In this document: positions 38,590-52,030 of the stretch, one piece after another
How the letters are laid out: every line of letters begins with the position of its first letter
Numbering within the stretch: the stretch's first letter is position 1
Assembly (NCBI GenBank): GCA_047967505.1
Contig: CM106538.1
Length of the DNA: 64,000 bases
Origin: Dipteris shenzhenensis
Lineage: Eukaryota
Reading direction: 5' to 3' (one strand)
Position numbers and translations under genes: made by a program
Notes under the pieces: generated by a model
Databases searched by the model: none
The model's input: the letters and a program-made list of their open reading frames with translations, nothing else
Told to the model about the DNA's origin: nothing

Positions 38590-39770
38590 CTATCTCCAGC
38601 TTAATGCTAATCTGAGCATGCGAATTAAATGATCCCTCATGAAAAGTCATTGTTATTACAATTTGATTCCAACTCAATGCTAATCTAGGCCTGTGACCTA
38701 GATGTCCCCTCATGCAAAGTCATTGTTATTACAATCAACTGAAGAGAGGCAAGATCAAAACAGGACATCAGATTAGCAGAGTCGGTTCATCAAGCTGTAA
38801 TAACAATAGTTCGCATTCTAAACTATTGTTATTACAGCCTAATAAACCGACTGAATGCTAATCTAAGCTTGTGAACTAGATGCAAGTCATTGTTATTATA
38901 GTCTGATTCTGGCTCAGTGCTAATTTGAGCCTGTGAATTATATGCTCCCTCATGCATAAACATTGTTATTACAATCTGATTCCGACTTAATGCTAATCTG
39001 AACCTTTGTATCAGATGGTCCCTCATGCACAGTCATTGTTACTAAAACAAGCGCGGTGGTTGTTTGGGATTAGTATACTGTTTGGAATTTACATTTTCCC
39101 TTGTTTGGGATTTAATGATTGGGATTTACTAAAACAAGCGCAGTGGTTGTTTGGGATTTACTAAAGGTTATCTTTTGTGGGGTTTACAGTTAATCCTAAA
39201 CCAACAAAAATGCATTTTGTTGCTAGTCTTAACTGTTGTTTGAGCTGACCCAATCACAATTGCATGATGTTCCAACCACTGAGCTAGCTTAGGACAATCA
39301 CATTAAGTCCAAGCCATCCTGGTTCTGGTATTTGAGCTGAACCAGCCACACGGTTGCATGATATTCCAACCACCGGGCTGGTTTAGGACAATCACATTAA
39401 GTACCTAGCAATCACATAACTGGTGTTTGATCTGACCCAACCATGATTGCATGATGTTTCAACCACTGAGCTGGTTTAGGGCAATCACATTAAGTCCAAT
39501 CCAGCCTGGTTTTGGTGTTTGAACTGAACCAGCCACCTAGTTGCATGATATTCCAACCACTGGGCTGGTTTAGGATAATCACATTAAGTTCAGGCCAGCC
39601 TAGTAAACTATCCCTAAGCTCAATCACAACCAACCACTGGGTTGGTTCAGGCAACCACTAACCTACATTGTATCAAGAAATGAAACAAGTAAACTATCCT
39701 AAAGCTCAATCACAAACAACCACCGGGATGGTTTAGGCAACCACTAACCTACGTTGTATCAAGCATGTGT
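38590..39770. repeat. Degenerate minisatellite arrays (~70-bp units at 38590-39040; ~90-bp and ~80-bp units at 39240-39765)
   Basis: Recurrent AATGCTAATCT...GTCATTGTTATTACAAT and TTGCATGAT.TTCCAACCAC.G.GCTGGTTTAGG..AATCACATTAAGT units. Confidence 0.8.
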
Positions 39771-41489
39771 ATGATTTGCTCGTCAAACATCTTGCATCCT
39801 GTCTGCTTTCTACAAATGTCCTTGTTATTTGGAGAAACTCTTGAGAGATGCATGAAGAGTGAAAGCAATGCCTGATCATCCCAATCCGAGTAGTCTATGG
39901 GCTTCAACAGAACATAAGAAAAGGAGATACAACCTAAGTGTAGAAGTCATTACAATAGTGGTGATGTTTTCGCATGAAAATATGAGGTGTTCGTAGGATT
40001 GTCACTCTATGAACTTTAGGGTGCCGGCTATAGCTTATGAAGACTCGAGACTGGTATTTACTTGAATGGCCTGATGTTGCTTCCTCGAATGCTACCACCA
40101 ATCATGACATCACACAGCTCGTTTTCTTCGCTCTGATGGTAATGATCAAATGCATGCATCTGCAACTGCTTTCTGTTGTTGCTTTGCAAGGAGTCTTCTG
40201 TTTCTTGTGCCCTGACCAAGCTTTTCAGCCTTTCTATCTAGTAGCCTCTATTTGCTTCTCTTATAAGCCATGACGAGCTGCATGCTGCCATGGCAACGAT
40301 CAGTGAAAGATGACAATAATGCCAAACCAAAACAGAGAGAAGCTAGCCTGTGAGGCAAGCAAAGAATAGAAGACAACTTACCAAAAAGAAGACAATGGCA
40401 AACCAAAGTCTGTGCAAGGTCACGTCGAGGTGTTGTAGAGCATTTGCAGGGTGGAGACAAGTTGCAGGTACTTAATCTTCTAAGATATGATGGACGGGAG
40501 GTGTGAAAATTCAAAATTCACGAGAGTAGTAAAATTTTAGCCGCCAGTTTTTTCCCCTCCGATGATACACGTCATCAAAATTAGATATCCCAAACAAGTG
40601 CAATATGGCCTAAAATGCTTCAAAACACAAATAGGCCAAAGGGTACGCCATCGGGTTTAATGCTGTGTATTATTAAATGCAATGACCTTTGGCATGCTTA
40701 TGAGCCATATAGCAAGCAAGTGCATGGAAAAAGAAATAATTCAAATTTGTAAATAGTGTTAGATTTATTAAAATATATTTTCACATGCACAAATTGTACT
40801 TTTCCAACTTCCATTTTAGAGTGAATCTAGATACCAATACCAACAATTATCAATGTTTTAAGACTACCATGCAGTAGTCCCACTAGTTTGGATTTCAAAT
40901 TTTCAATCCGTTTTGGTTTTCAAAACATATCAAAAAAAAATTATGAAGTGTGCCCTCAAATGGGTATGCATCACTTTAACACAATATTGGAGGCCCGTTA
41001 ACCCATGCCTAATGTTCTCATTTAGGTGTGTCCTTGGGTTGAGGAGAAGCTCACGTAGTGTACTTTTAAAATTTTGATGATTTTGAATAAATTGCTATAT
41101 CTTATAGTCTTTAAGATGCATGCTTCACATGCAACATAGCACTTGTAATGCTTTAACGGTCTCATTCCAAATCGTTATTCCATAATTTTTTGCTCTCGTA
41201 TTCAACTTTTGAATGTGTACTACAATTTGAAGACAAAGTTTGCCGAATTCCTTTGAGCAATGCATAAGTTATGGGTCATGCAAGATACCTATATACAAAA
41301 AAGTCCCTGAACCTCACCAAAAATGGCTACACCCAAGCAAACAATGACCACCAAATTTTTAAAGTATATCTTGAATGTACTTGCGCTGATGAAGGTGAAG
41401 AATGTTGGCTGGTCTATTACAATATATTTCCATGCCAAGACAATAACCCAGTTCGCCCAAGTCAACCATGTCAAATTGAGAGAAAAGTT

Positions 41490-44400
41490 TCCCTTTGATA
41501 TTATATCCTGAAGAAGAGGAGAATGATTGGCAAACAAGATGATGTCATCCACATAAGTGCGAGGAGAACAAAACATGAACTGTGTCAAAGAATGTAAAGG
41601 TTGGAGTCGACTTGGGATGGAAGAAAACCGATTTGTTAAAGATAACAATCAATTTTGACAAACCATGACCGGGAAGCTTGCTTGAGACCATACAATGATT
41701 TTTGAAGCTTACAAACATGTCTTTGGTGATGTCTCCATGCAAGAAAACTATTTTTACGTGCATCTAATGGACATCAAGGTCACTAGACACAGCCGCATGC
41801 CAAGAGCACACGAATGGTGGTCAACTTGATGACGAGAGAGAATGTTTCGAAATAATCGATCCCAACAACTTGAGAATACCCTTTAGCAATGAGTTGTTCT
41901 TTGTACTTGGAAAGAGTCCCATCTGCATGATACGTCTGAAAATCCAATTGCATGGAATAGAACTACGTCCTACAGGAAGTTCAGTCAGAGTCCATGTTGA
42001 ATTATGCATGAGAGAAGTATATTCCTCGTCCATAGCCTTTTGCCAATGTTGTCCATCAGGACCATTGAGTGCTTCTTCATATGAGGAAGGATCTACTTCA
42101 TTGGCTTCGTTGGATGATAATAGGCTTGGGGTTGAAACCATGGACATTCGACAGCATAATAGAATTGAGCATTTTCGATGACTTTGGCTGAGGGTCTATG
42201 AGATCGTGGTGGAGGGAGAGTATGTGATGAGGAATCGGGAACATATGGAGCATCTAACTTATAGAAGAGATCTGAAAAATCGGTGGGAAGGTTTGAAGAA
42301 GAAATAGGGTCATTAGAGAAGGATGGCAAAGAAAGATCAGGGGCATTAACTGGAGATGAGGCTGGTTGATTAGCAATGAAAGGCAACATGGTGGAAGGAA
42401 GGGAATCAGACTGAGAGATATTATGCAAGGGTGATGATGGCTCAGGATCGTGAGTGGAATCAAATTCAATGTCGGCAAGAGCATTTGAACTAGGAGCATC
42501 GATATCAGGTAGATGGACGATGGGATATGACGAGAGATCCACAAGATGGACACCTTGTAATGCTTCTGATGAGGGAGTGCTTGGCAAGGCATCTCTTCAT
42601 AAAGAAAATACAATGAAGCATCATGATGAGTACCTGGGAAAGTATCTTCGAAGAACACAACATCTATACTGAGAATCATTTGCTAGCTAGTCAAATACCA
42701 AAGCTTGTACCCCGCCCAATGTAAAAGGTAGCCAACAAAAATAGTTTTCACATGCTACATGGATCAAACTTATAGTATTGAAATGAGGAACTTTGGAAAA
42801 TGCACGACACCCGTTCACTCTGAAGTAACGTCGGGCTTGTGACCATACCACTTTTCAAATGGGGTAGCTCCTGGCAAGGCTGCAGTTGGTAGACAATTCT
42901 GCACATAGATAGATGTATGACTACTTCTGCCCAGAAACTGGAGTCAAGATGACTGTGAGTAAGCATGCCTCGTGAGTAATTGTTGGTCGTTCTGTTCTTT
43001 TGCTTGGCTACTCCATTAAGCTGGGGGGGTATAAGGCATTGGAAGTACTCGTACAATGCCCTTCTGGCGACAATGATCTTGAAATTGATGACCTAAGTAT
43101 TCTCCCCATTGTCTGATCTAAAAATCTTGATTTTGTGTCCAATTTGGAGTTCATCCATGCATTGATAATCCACAAAACTTTGAAAAGCCTCTCATTTTTG
43201 TTTAAGAAAGTACACATCTGTCCACCTACTGAAGTCGTCAATGAAAGTCATGTAATAGAGACAACCTTCTTTTGAGGGTATGGGCTTTGGTCAACATATA
43301 TCCATATGCACGACTTCAAGGGGTACAGTGGCATGAGGAGCTTGTCATAGAAGGATCTTCTAGAGTGTTTGCCAAGAATCCAATCGAGAATGACTGTCGA
43401 GATGAAGCCCTCGTGCTAAACCATGGTTGTGCATGTACTTGATAGCTTGAATGTTACTGTGGCCGAATATTTGATGCCAAAGCTCTGCATTACTTTTGCT
43501 TGTGGCCAGCATTACCACATTCTTGATCTCGCTGGCATATGTAAGCATATAGAGAGACTGTCTTCGAACACCACGAGCAACTGCTTCTCATGAAATTTCA
43601 TTACAAATAGATTAATAGTGCATCCATTAGCATTAAATTCTATTGTGAGCCGGGCTATGGAAATTTAATCACGTTTGAGATTCGGGACATACAACACCCC
43701 AGACAAACGAAAAACATCACCAGTGAGAAGACAAAACTCTATATCACCAACACCTGCGATCGGATGTTCCGAATCATCTCCCATTTGTACATTCCGCTGG
43801 ACAGCACATGGTTTGAATGTGATGAACCAATCACGATGATACATTAGGTGTTGATTGGCACCTAAATCCAAGATCAGACTATCGACCATCTTGATTTGAT
43901 CCTTTTCTCGTATATGATGCATCCGTGGCTTATCATCCATGGTCGATGGAAGATATATTTTTCTTAATCTCCTTCAGCTGCCTCTCTAGATCTGCAAGCT
44001 TTCTGCGACACTCAATTTCAAAATGACCTTCTATTGCAGTATCTACATTTACCTTTCCTCCGTGTTCCTCTTTGTCTTGAGAAAGATCTGGTCGAAACTG
44101 GTGCTGCATTGGATATCAATGCATGCTCGACTGCCGATGTATTTTTTATCATCCCAAGGTCAATATGCATTGTTTCTTCTTCGTACAACATGTCGGCTGT
44201 CTGTTCTTACATCAGACTTTTGTTCGTCATCAATGTACTACAAAAATTGTGCCAAGAATTTGGAAGAGACTGGAATAGCTTAAGCTTCTGCTATTCGATA
44301 GGCACTTTGTACGCATCTCCTGCTCCAACAAGTTGATTAAAGAGCTCCTTCATGGCGCATACATGTGTTCTCAAATCCTTGCCATTAGTGTATTAGCTTG

Positions 44401-44790
44401 TGAAAAATGTGGAGGATCTCCACATCCGAGTGCTTCTCATACTTCTGTATGAGCCATTGTCAAAGCCCATTACTTGAGTCGCATGGGGCTTCCAATACGA
44501 TTTCCTTCTTCAAGCTTAGCACTATTGTAGCTGGAGTTTTCTCTTCTTTGATCTACCATGCCTTGGCCTCTGCTTGATCGTCAGGCTTTTTCTCACTACC
44601 AGTCACGATAGTCTAGTAGCCTTCTCCCTTTAAATGTAGTGTCATCATGCATTTCCAAGCCTCGAATCCTATGCCATCGAAGATTGGAACCAATCGAAGA
44701 GTTGAGTTAGATGTAGAGGTCGTCATCCTGTATAGCTTATGAACGATGTGAACTAAGCAAATGAATAACCATGTCGTCCTAGCTCTGATT
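41490..44790 (-). mobile_element. Old degenerate Ty1/copia internal region (gag-PR-INT-partial RT)
   Basis: PIFDGIGFEAWK (gag), ILDLGANQH and VLYVPNLK (PR), LWHQIFGH (GAG-pre-integrase), PQLNGVA and FWAEVV (INT), PSSYEEAL...WQKAMDEEY and YVDDII (RT). Many stops and frameshifts; LTRs not resolved. Confidence 0.9.
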
Positions 44791-46643
44791 TGCACCTCAA
44801 TTTTTTAGGGTGTCATTTCTAGCGCCAAGAGCGTCATTCTTTCTCCAGCCAATAGAATGTTGCCAACTGGCGCTGGCATTGAGGCTTAGTGCACACGCGA
44901 AGTCGATGCCCAGCTAGTGGGAAGGCGTCATTGTGTTCACACGATTTATTTGCTTGATTGCTTCGAAGCATTTATGGAGGTCTGAGTCGCTTGAAGCACA
45001 TCTCTACGTACATAGCAGGGCGCTTTCCATGCGAGAGCTGGAGAGACTTGATTAGCCTGCTCATCGAAATCTGCACCAGGAGCTGAGCATTGAAGACACT
45101 TGAATCCAAGGCTAGCACCAGATGGCAGCTTCCTATTGGGCTCAACTGAAAATGGCACTCCATTGTTGCAAATGGCACCCTCAATTTTGGAATTGCAAAG
45201 ATGAGCACCAATGGTGCATCAGCTTCGTCTCGAAAAACGTGAAAGACTCCACAACTGTCCACTAGCTGTGCATCTTGGGCATCATGTGCACTAACCCTAA
45301 GCTACAGAGCATCCAAAATGCCCAGCTTTCAAAGGCAGAGCTCCAGACAAGTACTCATAGCTCACTCAGATCCGTAATAAATGCTGAGACTAAAGTGATT
45401 TAAACGTGTGAACTAAACTATGCGATGGCACTAGCCCAGGCGTCGAATGCTACGCCAAGCCCTCAGTAATATTGCGTAATTTTACTCTTAAATGGGGCTT
45501 ACGGACCATCACTTGGTCCATTGATCCTTGTCAATCGAGCAGTTCTCCAAATCTGGCTCGTAGATCCTTAGGTCTATATCATCACGGTTACAAGCTGTAG
45601 TGGGGTATGCCTAGAACACGGAACTCTCACGTATATTTTTTATCGCTCCCTTCATTTTTTATTAGTTCTATTTCATATGTTAATATGAAAGGGTCATACC
45701 AATGTTCTCCATTCGCTCTTCATCTAATAGTCCAGGATCTCCTTTATAGTAAGATTTCGGTGTCCACTAAGTCCACTATCTTGATGTATCAAGAATCGTA
45801 TGGTATAATTTTCTTCAAGTGAATATTCGTGGTATTTCAAAGACCATAATAAATCATGAATGTATCAACAAGGGCTGATGCTACTAAGCTCCTTGTTAAA
45901 ATTAGTGTCAATTGTCCATATTTTTCTTCTTATGTCATTTCCAATGTATGCCATGAGTCCATTGCATTTAGGATCTCGCCATGACCATGGGCATGTATGG
46001 TCTGTCTATCTATAGGCCGGGGTTCTTCTACCCTTAGTCTCCCTCTTCCAAATCCATATAGGCTTCCCAAGGCAAGGGGAAGAGAGTGTGTGCGTGCATG
46101 CGCGTGTACGTGTGTATGTATGTATGTATAAAAGAGAGAGAGAGAGAGAGAGAGAGGACTTACTTTATAGATGGGGCCTTATATGTGAAGGGTACGGCTA
46201 ATAGCCTTCAAAGACAGTGGCACCCCCTAGAGTCTATTGCAAGGATTTTGGAGCTAGATATCTTTAACCTATTAACCACGAACACGAGGAAAAAAAAGAG
46301 GACACATGGCAGCTTGGAGGAGAAGAGCATGCCACGTGTCGCAAAGAAGGAGCTCTTGCATGGAGGCTTGGAGAGGGGAGGAGGTGGCAAGACAAGAGGC
46401 AAGCCTTGAGTGGGGAGGAGGTGGAAAGACAAGAGGCATCTTTAGGGGAAAGGAGACAGAAGGTCAATGGAATGGATGAGATGAAAGTTCAACTTTGGGA
46501 GGCAGGAGGAGATGGAAGGTTAATGGAATGAAAGGAGGCGAGGGAAGGTCTCAAAGCCATGGGTTAAGACAAATTTCAAAAGCCTAATCAAAGTATGCAA
46601 GGTGAATTGATTAGCAATTAAGAATCGATCATTCTGCTGACTA

Positions 46644-46937
46644 GCTGAGGAAAGATCTTCAGATGGGGAGTGGTTGAGGATGATCATGCATCTTTGCCCG
46701 TGAAAAGCATGGGTTTAGTACTCGTATCAATAGGCTTCACATGTGGCGTTGATCTTAGCTTTAAATTTTAAATGGATACTCCGTGGCCAGGCTGAGGAAA
46801 GATCTTCAGATGGGGAGTGGTTGAGGATGATCATGCATCTTTGCCCGTGAAAAGCATGGGTTTAGTACTCGTATCAATAGGCTTCACATGGGGGGTTGAT
46901 CTTAGCTTTAAATTTTAAATGGATACTCCGTGGCCAG
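46644..46937. repeat. Near-perfect tandem duplication, 2 x 147 bp
   Basis: Units 46644-46790 and 46791-46937 differ at only a couple of bases. Confidence 0.95.
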
Positions 46938-48279
46938 ACACCATGATACTTGAGATGCCAAGTTAGTTTAGAAGTTTTACTTGTCAACAAATAGCCCCAA
47001 TCCTAAAGACTATGCACAAGAAGCAAATCCTATACTAGAGCTCCACCCAAACTTCCTTTATAGGTAGAGAAATTTTGGCAAATCAAGTTCTTTTGGACAC
47101 AAATTGGCACATTGTATCATGTTGGTCCACAAGGCCTATAAATATATTGTTGTTGATTTATTGTAGGAGGTTTTTTAGGCCCATAAGTTTTCTTCTCAAT
47201 GGCATATTGGTCACTCCATAGCAAACTTACACCTCGAGAACAAGGCCTTTTGTCCTAGGTCAACTCATCTTTCTCTTTGGCATATTGGTCACTCCATAGC
47301 AAATTTACACCTCCAGGCCAAGGCCTTGTCACAGGTCATTGGGCATCCTGACATTAATTGAAATGCTAAAAGGTCATTGGGATCCACCACATGGTTGCCC
47401 TCAATGCATTTTTGCCTTGAATATTCATCACATGGCGATGATGGTAATAGTTATGTCATTGACTATAAAAGAGGAAAGCCTTAGTAGTGTTTCCATTAGG
47501 TTTACATCTAGGAACTTACTTGCAAATTCAAATCCCCTTTCTCAATGTACATTAGGGTTACAAAGAAGAGAGAGAGGTTACGAAGGCCCTTTCTAATACA
47601 CATCTATTTTTTGTAATGTTCTCATCCATCTATGGCTAAATGGTAATCTTCTTTATGAAAACCTATCACAATTCCTTCTTTTGAAGTACAAAAGCTTAAT
47701 TTTAGCCCTCAACAACTTGCCATAACCAATATATCAATGTCTAGCTAAAATAGCTCATGTAAAGGAGTAACATTCTCACTTTTGTAGTACAATACCTCAT
47801 GCAAGCTCCAATCTCCTAACATTCTCAATATAGGTAATAGTGAGACATAGGTAATAGTGAGACATAGTAGCTCATTCTTAGCCTTAAAGTCTATCCAAAT
47901 TCACCTCAAGCTAAGGTGAAGGCCCATTATTTTTTAATTAGATATTCATTAGTGGAGAGAATCAATCTTGAAAAGAGAGGGTGTTTGAATGGAGAACCAA
48001 GACTCTTATTTATGGAGGAGAGGTTTAAGCTCAGGTTGATGACCACAATTACATATACCTTTGTAAGACGAGAATGTATCCAATCGTACAAATTTAGATT
48101 TTTGGTTGACGAGAGTGTGGACTATCCTATATATTTTTAGCCTGCCCCTAGGCAAGCCTTAGCGATGAGGATTTTTGTAAGAAGCTAAAACTGATTATAG
48201 TAATGTCAAAATTTTGGCCATGATTTTCTCCCCCTTTCTCTCTCTTCTTTCTTCTTTTCCTTCTCTCTCTAAGCTGCTG

Positions 48280-48281
<2 letters not shown>

Positions 48282-48331
<50 letters not shown>
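48282..48331. repeat. (CT)n microsatellite
   Basis: Perfect CT run. Confidence 0.95.
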
Positions 48332-48334
<3 letters not shown>

Positions 48335-49042
48335 TTTCAGTTTGCCAGGGCAGGCCTCTTGAATGTATTCACTTGTTATATACATGGATAATTGAAGTTA
48401 ACAAATAGTGTTAGCATGTCACAAATGGCACAAGCAAAAAACACGAGGGATTAACTGGTTTTGTCGTAAGCACCCAAACCCTCTTTTTATAGACCGAGGA
48501 AAAATCAGCTATTTCTGAAATTTCTTATGCAGAGCCATGGATACCTATATTCATCCATGAGGGATTGCAATCATGGCATATGTCCTTTCCCATTCATGAC
48601 CAGCAGAGACAATCCATCAATTACACAGTTCATAAAACCAGTAAATTCATAGCTTTTGCTTATGTTTATGACATCTGTGGAAAATCTTATCTTCACACTA
48701 CAAAGCTATAGATTCTAATGTACAGTTAAATCTAATACCTCCGGATACAGATAATATGTAGCCCTTCTTCCTGCCTAAAACATATCTCACCAACAAATAG
48801 ACACCTTGATGTGCACCATTTAAAAAGAGTCAGCCTGAATAGGATCAATAATAAAAATAATGAAGAGAAACTGGAGTGTGACTAAATGAAAGGTAAAAGA
48901 CTCATATATCAAAAGAGACCATTCCCAAGAATTCCCTGCTATAATCCTCCCAAACATGGTACTATAGATCCTCAAGAAGACAGCTCATCCTATGCCTCCA
49001 ATTAGCACCAGCAGACCTGTCACCTGATCAAAACTGAAATTT

Positions 49043-49947
<905 letters not shown>

Positions 49948-51039
49948 TCAAAATCATTGACGCTAGACAAAAAATGGAGGATAGATTGCAGTAAGGGGAT
50001 TAGGTAAAACTTTGAAAATCAAACAGGACTAAGCACTTTGCAGGGGTACATATTGCCCTACCAACTTATACTCTACCTCTGCTTATTCTAGACAGACATT
50101 CTTAGATAATGACCCATTTTGGAACCTTTTTGTCTTTTTTCTTAAAGCTTGTATGGCTTTCATATCATATCTCAACAGGTTCTTGGACACTGAATGTTCA
50201 GAACAGGCTTAAACGAATGCTAAAAATGTATGGAAAGTCGTCTTCAAGTTGGCAGAAAATTCCTAGAGTTGATGAACAAAGAGAGGAAAATTTCTTTCAC
50301 AGCAAGATTGCCTGCTAGAAAAGTATTTTCTCCAATAGCATCTCACTGTCACCAAAACTGTCATGGGAGAAAACTTCTGGTGGAAGACCACCTCATAGCA
50401 TGTAGCCCACGCCATTCCAGTTTCATGTATGATATGTCAAAGAAAATGCATTATATGGAAGTGAATAAGACCTTCCGCCGAATAATGGAAGTCGAATCAT
50501 TCCATTACTCTTATTTAGTATTCATTCCACCTCCTTTTTGACATGATGTACTTTTATGCCAGATTATTTGTATTTGTGATGATTCTTTGATTTTTGCTAC
50601 AGCAGATAAATACTGTCCCATAGAAAAGTGCTGGCTATAAAGTCATGATTCTGTATGTTGTGCTAGCAGTCACTGGGTTGCAGAATCAAGGAGATGAATG
50701 GGCAGAGGATCAGCAGGGCCAGCAGAGGCACCTACAACTGTGCACTGCTGCTACTCACTGCCGGTTTCTGCTCCTGGATAATTGATTTGGAAAATCCCAT
50801 GCAAGGCCAGAAGGTTCCAGAAAAGTAGAGAAGCTAGCTTTTTGAAAAGGATTTCCAAAAAAGAGGTTCCTTTCCCTGCTTAAGGATTTCTTTCCAGCAA
50901 TGGCTTTTTCTGGCACAAAACACGTAGCTTTTGGGGGGCCTACTCCTTCATATTTAGGAGCCCATAGGCCTCTCCACTCACCTACTCGCAGCTCTAGTCC
51001 TTTCCTTTTTGTCACAAAGGGAGTAACACGTTGAGCTGA

Positions 51040-51830
51040 AGACATATCAAAATGCAGCTAAAGGAGTTGAAGGAAATGTTCATGACCCAAGAGACACTCC
51101 TAAAAGCTTAAGAGCAAACAATTGCGGTGTTACAAACCATAGCTACGGAGTGCACCAAGCACCATCTTTCATAACTGAGGCTTTTGCAGGTGAGAAGAAA
51201 GACCATACACCTGAGAGCATAGACACATGGTCAAACTGATGCCCGGTACACTTCTCATTTCATCCTTTCTCTAATTTGTAGAAGGATCCGAGGGAGAGTC
51301 AGGAACAGGAGACATGGATGAGACAATTGTGGAGGTTGGTTGATGTTATAGCAAGTACAATGGCCTCATTTTATAGGCAGAGAAGCCTTGTCTTCATACT
51401 TCATCTATAATGTTACACAAAATCAAATCATATCATATTAATCTGATCTAGACCCAAAGGTCAAGTGACCCTTGGAACATACAAAAGGACAAACCCAACC
51501 CTCACACTGGCACTCAAAGTATTACTCGAAAAACCCAGTTCTCACTAGCAAAGCTCCAAAAATACTCCAACACCCCCCCTTTCCCCCTTTAGAGCAATGG
51601 TTGTGAGATCCTTGACCAAAAGTGATCAAACTCCAATTCCACCACAATGTTGCAAAGACGCGGTCTCCCTGTACGCACCTCCAGTGCCACAGCTACCCCC
51701 TCACTCAACTTGCCACCAACATCGGACACTATCGTCACTAAGTCACCCCACGACTCCGAAGTGTGTGCAACTGGACATTTCAAGAGCCTCTTATAAAACG
51801 AAGGTTTGCACACATTAACCTCCTCAAATA
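51040..51830. mobile_element. Fragmentary LTR-retrotransposon relics (gag-like piece, LTR end with PPT)
   Basis: FAGEKKDHTPESIDTW gag-like peptide on +. ...CCAACA (51572) is followed by CCCCCCCTTTCCCCCTT, a minus-strand PPT next to an LTR edge. Confidence 0.35.
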
Positions 51831-52030
51831 AAATTATTTTAGAGGGACTACCGGGGCAGAGAACCATCAACACATATAATATAAATATGTATAAAAATAA
51901 TACACGTAGAACTCTTGGGATGAGAGATGTTCCCCGTGCAGCTGTTCCACATAATGTGCACATTTGTGCTCTTCTAGTGATGTGTCGGCGAAGCTCTCAG
52001 CATGAATGCCAGCATGGATGCCCCTGAAAC

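Noticed and set aside
38590-39770. Regularly spaced repeats resembling a CRISPR array
   Set aside because: The intervening sequences are themselves homologous (a minisatellite), there are no cas genes, and the context is eukaryotic.
51125-51180. Candidate missing Rab exon end (CTATG|GTTTGT on the minus strand)
   Set aside because: The upstream sequence does not encode EDRTVRLQL and has an in-frame TAG; the region looks like a retroelement relic.
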